From Octopus bimaculoides (Eukaryota): a stretch of 40,348 nucleotides of DNA. The stretch is taken from assembly GCF_001194135.2 (NCBI RefSeq), contig NC_068994.1, forward strand, positions 56,378,190 to 56,418,537. The letters are read 5' to 3'. This document shows, in pieces, positions 36,649-40,348 of this stretch. The position numbers and the translations under genes are program-made. The notes below the pieces were generated by a model, which saw nothing but the letters and a program-made list of their open reading frames with translations, ran no database searches and had not been told where the DNA came from. Each line of letters starts with the position of its first letter. Position 1 is the first letter of the stretch.

Positions 36649-37993
36649 ACTATCAGTCTGTCTGTCTGTCTGTCTGTCTATCACTTGAAAGTTACCCAAG
36701 TATCTCATTTCAATTCTGAACGAAACGATGAAATGCAACCGCTGCCACCATCTCCGTCACCATCACTATCCACCACCACCACCACCACACCACCACCATT
36801 ACAACTACTATTACTACTACTACTACTACCACCTTCACTACTACCACCACAGCCACCACTACCACCACCACCACAACCACCACCACCACCACCACCACCA
36901 CCACCACTAGTACTGTACCCGTTTAAATAATTACTTTTGCATTTCCTTCTGGTTTTGTCATCAATAAAGAAATTGCAATAATACACGAGTGTGGGTGCGT
37001 ACGTGTGTGTCTCTGTGTGTGTGTGTGTTGTCAATAATATCTTTGGTGTAAGATAACGCATTTTCTTCTATTTCTCTGCATAGTCATACACTACATACAT
37101 ACACATACCCATGCACACACACACAAACCTATACGTATGTATGTACAGATAGATACACAGAAATGCATATACTGTTTAATTTTTTTATACACGTATATAT
37201 ATANNNNNNNNNNNNNNNNNNNNNNNNNNNNNNNNNNNNNNNNNNNNNNNNNNNNNNNNNNNNNNNNNNNNNNNNNNNNNNNNNNNNNNNNNNNNNNNNN
37301 NNNNNNNNNNNNNNNNNNNNNNNNNNNNNNNNNNNNNNNNNNNNNNNNNNNNNNNNNNNNNNNNNNNNNNNNNNNNNNNNNNNNNNNNNNNNNNNNNNNN
37401 NNNNNNNNNNNNNNNNNNNNNNNNNNNNNNNNNNNNNNNNNNNNNNNNNNNNNNNNNNNNNNNNNNNNNNNNNNNNNNNNNNNNNNNNNNNNNNNNNNNN
37501 NNNNNNNNNNNNNNNNNNNNNNNNNNNNNNNNNNNNNNNNNNNNNNNNNNNNNNNNNNNNNNNNNNNNNNNNNNNNNNNNNNNNNNNNNNNNNNNNNNNN
37601 NNNNNNNNNNNNNNNNNNNNNNNNNNNNNNNNNNNNNNNNNNNNNNNNNNNNNNNNNNNNNNNNNNNNNNNNNNNNNNNNNNNNNNNNNNNNNNNNNNNN
37701 NNNNNNNNNNNNNNNNNNNNNNNNNNNNNNNNNNNNNNNNNNNNNNNNNNNNNNNNNNNNNNNNNNNNNNNNNNNNNNNNNNNNNNNNNNNNNNNNNNNN
37801 NNNNNNNNNNNNNNNNNNNNNNNNNNNNNNNNNNNNNNNNNNNNNNNNNNNNNNNNNNNNNNNNNNNNNNNNNNNNNNNNNNNNNNNNNNNNNNNNNNNN
37901 NNNNNNNNNNNNNNNNNNNNNNNNNNNNNNNNNNNNNNNNNNNNNNNNNNNNNNNNNNNNNNNNNNNTATATATATATATATATGTACGTATG

Positions 37994-38038
<45 letters not shown>

Positions 38039-38056
38039 GAAAAGGCAATGACAGAG

Positions 38057-38176
38057 TAAGCACCAGACTAAGACAAATACTGTGGATCGATGTTTTTGAC
38101 TAAAAAAGAAAACCTCTGATAGCGTTGCTCTAGCATGGTCGCACACCAATGAGTGAAAGGAGTAAAAGAATGAAAG
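38057..38176 (+). mobile_element. SINE family A, diverged 3' end
   Basis: TAAGCACCAGAC ... TTTGACTAAA ... CTAGCATGGTCGCA ... GAGTAAAAGAATGAAAG. Confidence 0.6.
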
Positions 38177-39078
38177 GAAAAGAAACCCGTCCACAGATAC
38201 ACCGGAAGAATCAACAAAGATCGTTTATGACAGACTTAGGAAACATAAACAGCGTTTAATTTTATGGACTGGAGTCGTGCGGAATGACTTCCAAGTAAAA
38301 TAAACAACAATAGAAATAAATATCAACTACTTTAACAGTCCTAAGCAAAAACAACAACAACAGCAACCAGAACAACAACAGCAACCACTACAACAACAGC
38401 AATAGCATTCTTAAATGTTACATAGATATCGCAGTAACAGAGATGTCAGACAACAGTAATGCAAACTACAATATGTAAAGTTCATGTATTTTGTGTCTCA
38501 TAGTGTACCATTAAAAAACATCTTTGCTTATTTATGTTTAATGTCAACTTTTATTACAGATCATATTGCGTTATATATAATATAAAACAGGACGAATGAT
38601 TTGGTTGTTGCCAAAAAACTGAGGCTTTGGTCTTGCTTCTGTCACGTTCCGAGGAACGTATGCTTGTATATTCTTTCTTATTATTTAATTAATCCAAGTC
38701 ATTGGAGTGCGGACAAGCAGCGGCATGGAGGTTCAGTCGTGCCTCAAAATGTCCGCGGCTAATTAAGTCGATCATACAAACATCGGCCTTTTATCCTTTT
38801 TAGCTTGGTGCATCTCCATTTATAGAAGCGTTAGTTTGGTTTTGATATAAAGGTACGGAACTCGAAGTGGACCTGTGTAAACCATTCTACACAGACACAT
38901 TCATTTAGTCATTAGTACATACCCGTGTGTGTGTGTGTGTGTGTGTATTGGTGTGGTTATTCACACCTTTTGCTATAATTATATCTATATAATTATATAT
39001 CAGTATATATGTATGTATGTGTGTGTGTGCACGCGCACGTGTGTATGTGTGTGTGTATGCGAATGTATATAGATAGAT

Positions 39079-39123
<45 letters not shown>

Positions 39124-39213
39124 TACATAAAATTACACGCATATATACATTATGCATGCAATACATACACACATACAAACATACATACATATATGTTTGT
39201 GTGCGTGGGAGAA

Positions 39214-39244
<31 letters not shown>

Positions 39245-39344
39245 GAAAGAGAGACAGTGTGTGTGAGGGGAGGGAGATAAGGAAAGACAGAGAGAAGGAT
39301 AGAGCAAAAGGAAGATTTAATTATGCTACGCAGAAAACTATTAA

Positions 39345-39495
<151 letters not shown>

Positions 39496-39966
39496 TTTAG
39501 TGTCGCGTTTCTTGTCAACATTAAACCCAGCCAAACTGCATCAGTACGCCTTAGCATCAGTTCTGTTCCTCTCTGTGCCTCTGTGGATCTTGTTTGCCAA
39601 CATTCGCTGCGCCTGGTGGCATATATTTATGCATCGCATGCTTACTTCTTTCTAATGCCTCTTTGTGTGTGTGTGTGCGTTTGCGAAAATCTTCTGTTAT
39701 TGGTTCAATGCGTTTTCGACAGTTAATCATAGAATGACAGAACATGGAGTGTAGTTAGTTCTCAGCCAGTAGAGACTGTGAAATATCAGTAGGAACTACC
39801 ATGCAAGCTACGACCTTAAGTCGGTTTCTACCACCCACACCCAAATTAGCCCGCCTTCACATCATTTTTTACTCCAAAGCATTCGCATTCATATGAGGTG
39901 TCATGAACAGACATGAATGAAACGAGACAGTAACGGAATCATCTAGAATTTGCTATCATCATCATC

Positions 39967-40267
39967 ATCTAGTGAACGATATTTCGATATCTTGTGTCTT
40001 CAACAGGTTCAAAAAATAATTTTGTCAATCTACTTCATTTTGGTTAATATATAAAGGATTGAGGTAACTCCCCCAGAAGATATAGAGTCAAAATTATATA
40101 TACATATATATTATATATGAACCAAAATGAAGTAGATTGACAAAATTATAATTTTTAACCTGTTGAAGACACACGAGATGTTGAAATATCGTTCACTAGA
40201 TAACAATGGCACTCTTCTTTTAATTTTGACTCTGTATCTTCTGGAGTGGTTACCTCAATCCTTTATA
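39967..40267. repeat. Interleaved double inverted repeat (A-B-A'-B') carrying two opposed hammerhead-like motifs
   Basis: A 39967-40053 / A' 40112-40201; B 40050-40096 / B' 40221-40267 (47 nt, 4 mismatches); motifs at 39973-40011(-) and 40155-40195(+). Confidence 0.9.
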
Positions 40268-40348
40268 CAATATTATTATTATCATTATTTAACTCCTCGT
40301 AACTCTCGGACTTACTTTCTCTGGTTGGTTGTGTGAGAGCGGATAACA

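Noticed and set aside
39900-39945. ATGAA...TGAAAC...AGTAACGG, loosely like the 33863 motif
   Set aside because: Core lacks CUG and stem III does not pair; too degenerate to count

Overview
Non-coding, repeat-dominated eukaryotic DNA from a fragmented draft assembly. There are 11 N-gaps totalling about 4.3 kb, and most are flanked by microsatellites. The tRNA-headed SINE families and the extreme microsatellite density look like a coleoid cephalopod, probably Octopus; this is an inference from remembered repeat sequences, not a database result. I can support no host protein-coding gene: almost all ORFs in the track are translated microsatellites or N-runs. Supported content: about 19 copies or fragments of three tRNA-derived SINE families (called A, B and C here), decayed LINE fragments (L1/Tx1-like RT, RTE-like C-terminal Zn finger, an APE-endonuclease C-terminus), a Tigger-like MITE, a ~33-bp minisatellite and a housekeeping-type promoter motif cluster at ~6.3-6.45 kb. 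The main unexplained signal is seven loci that fold as minimal type I hammerhead-ribozyme-like motifs with self-complementary stem III (9.27, 18.98, 21.04, 27.94, 31.02, 33.86 and 39.97/40.16 kb). Three sit in fold-back palindromes, two are homologous with compensatory stem II changes, and one locus carries an inverted copy with permuted segment order, as expected from a circular or tandem template. This suggests Penelope-like-element (PLE) ends or retrozyme-like elements. All RNA folds were made by eye and are untested.
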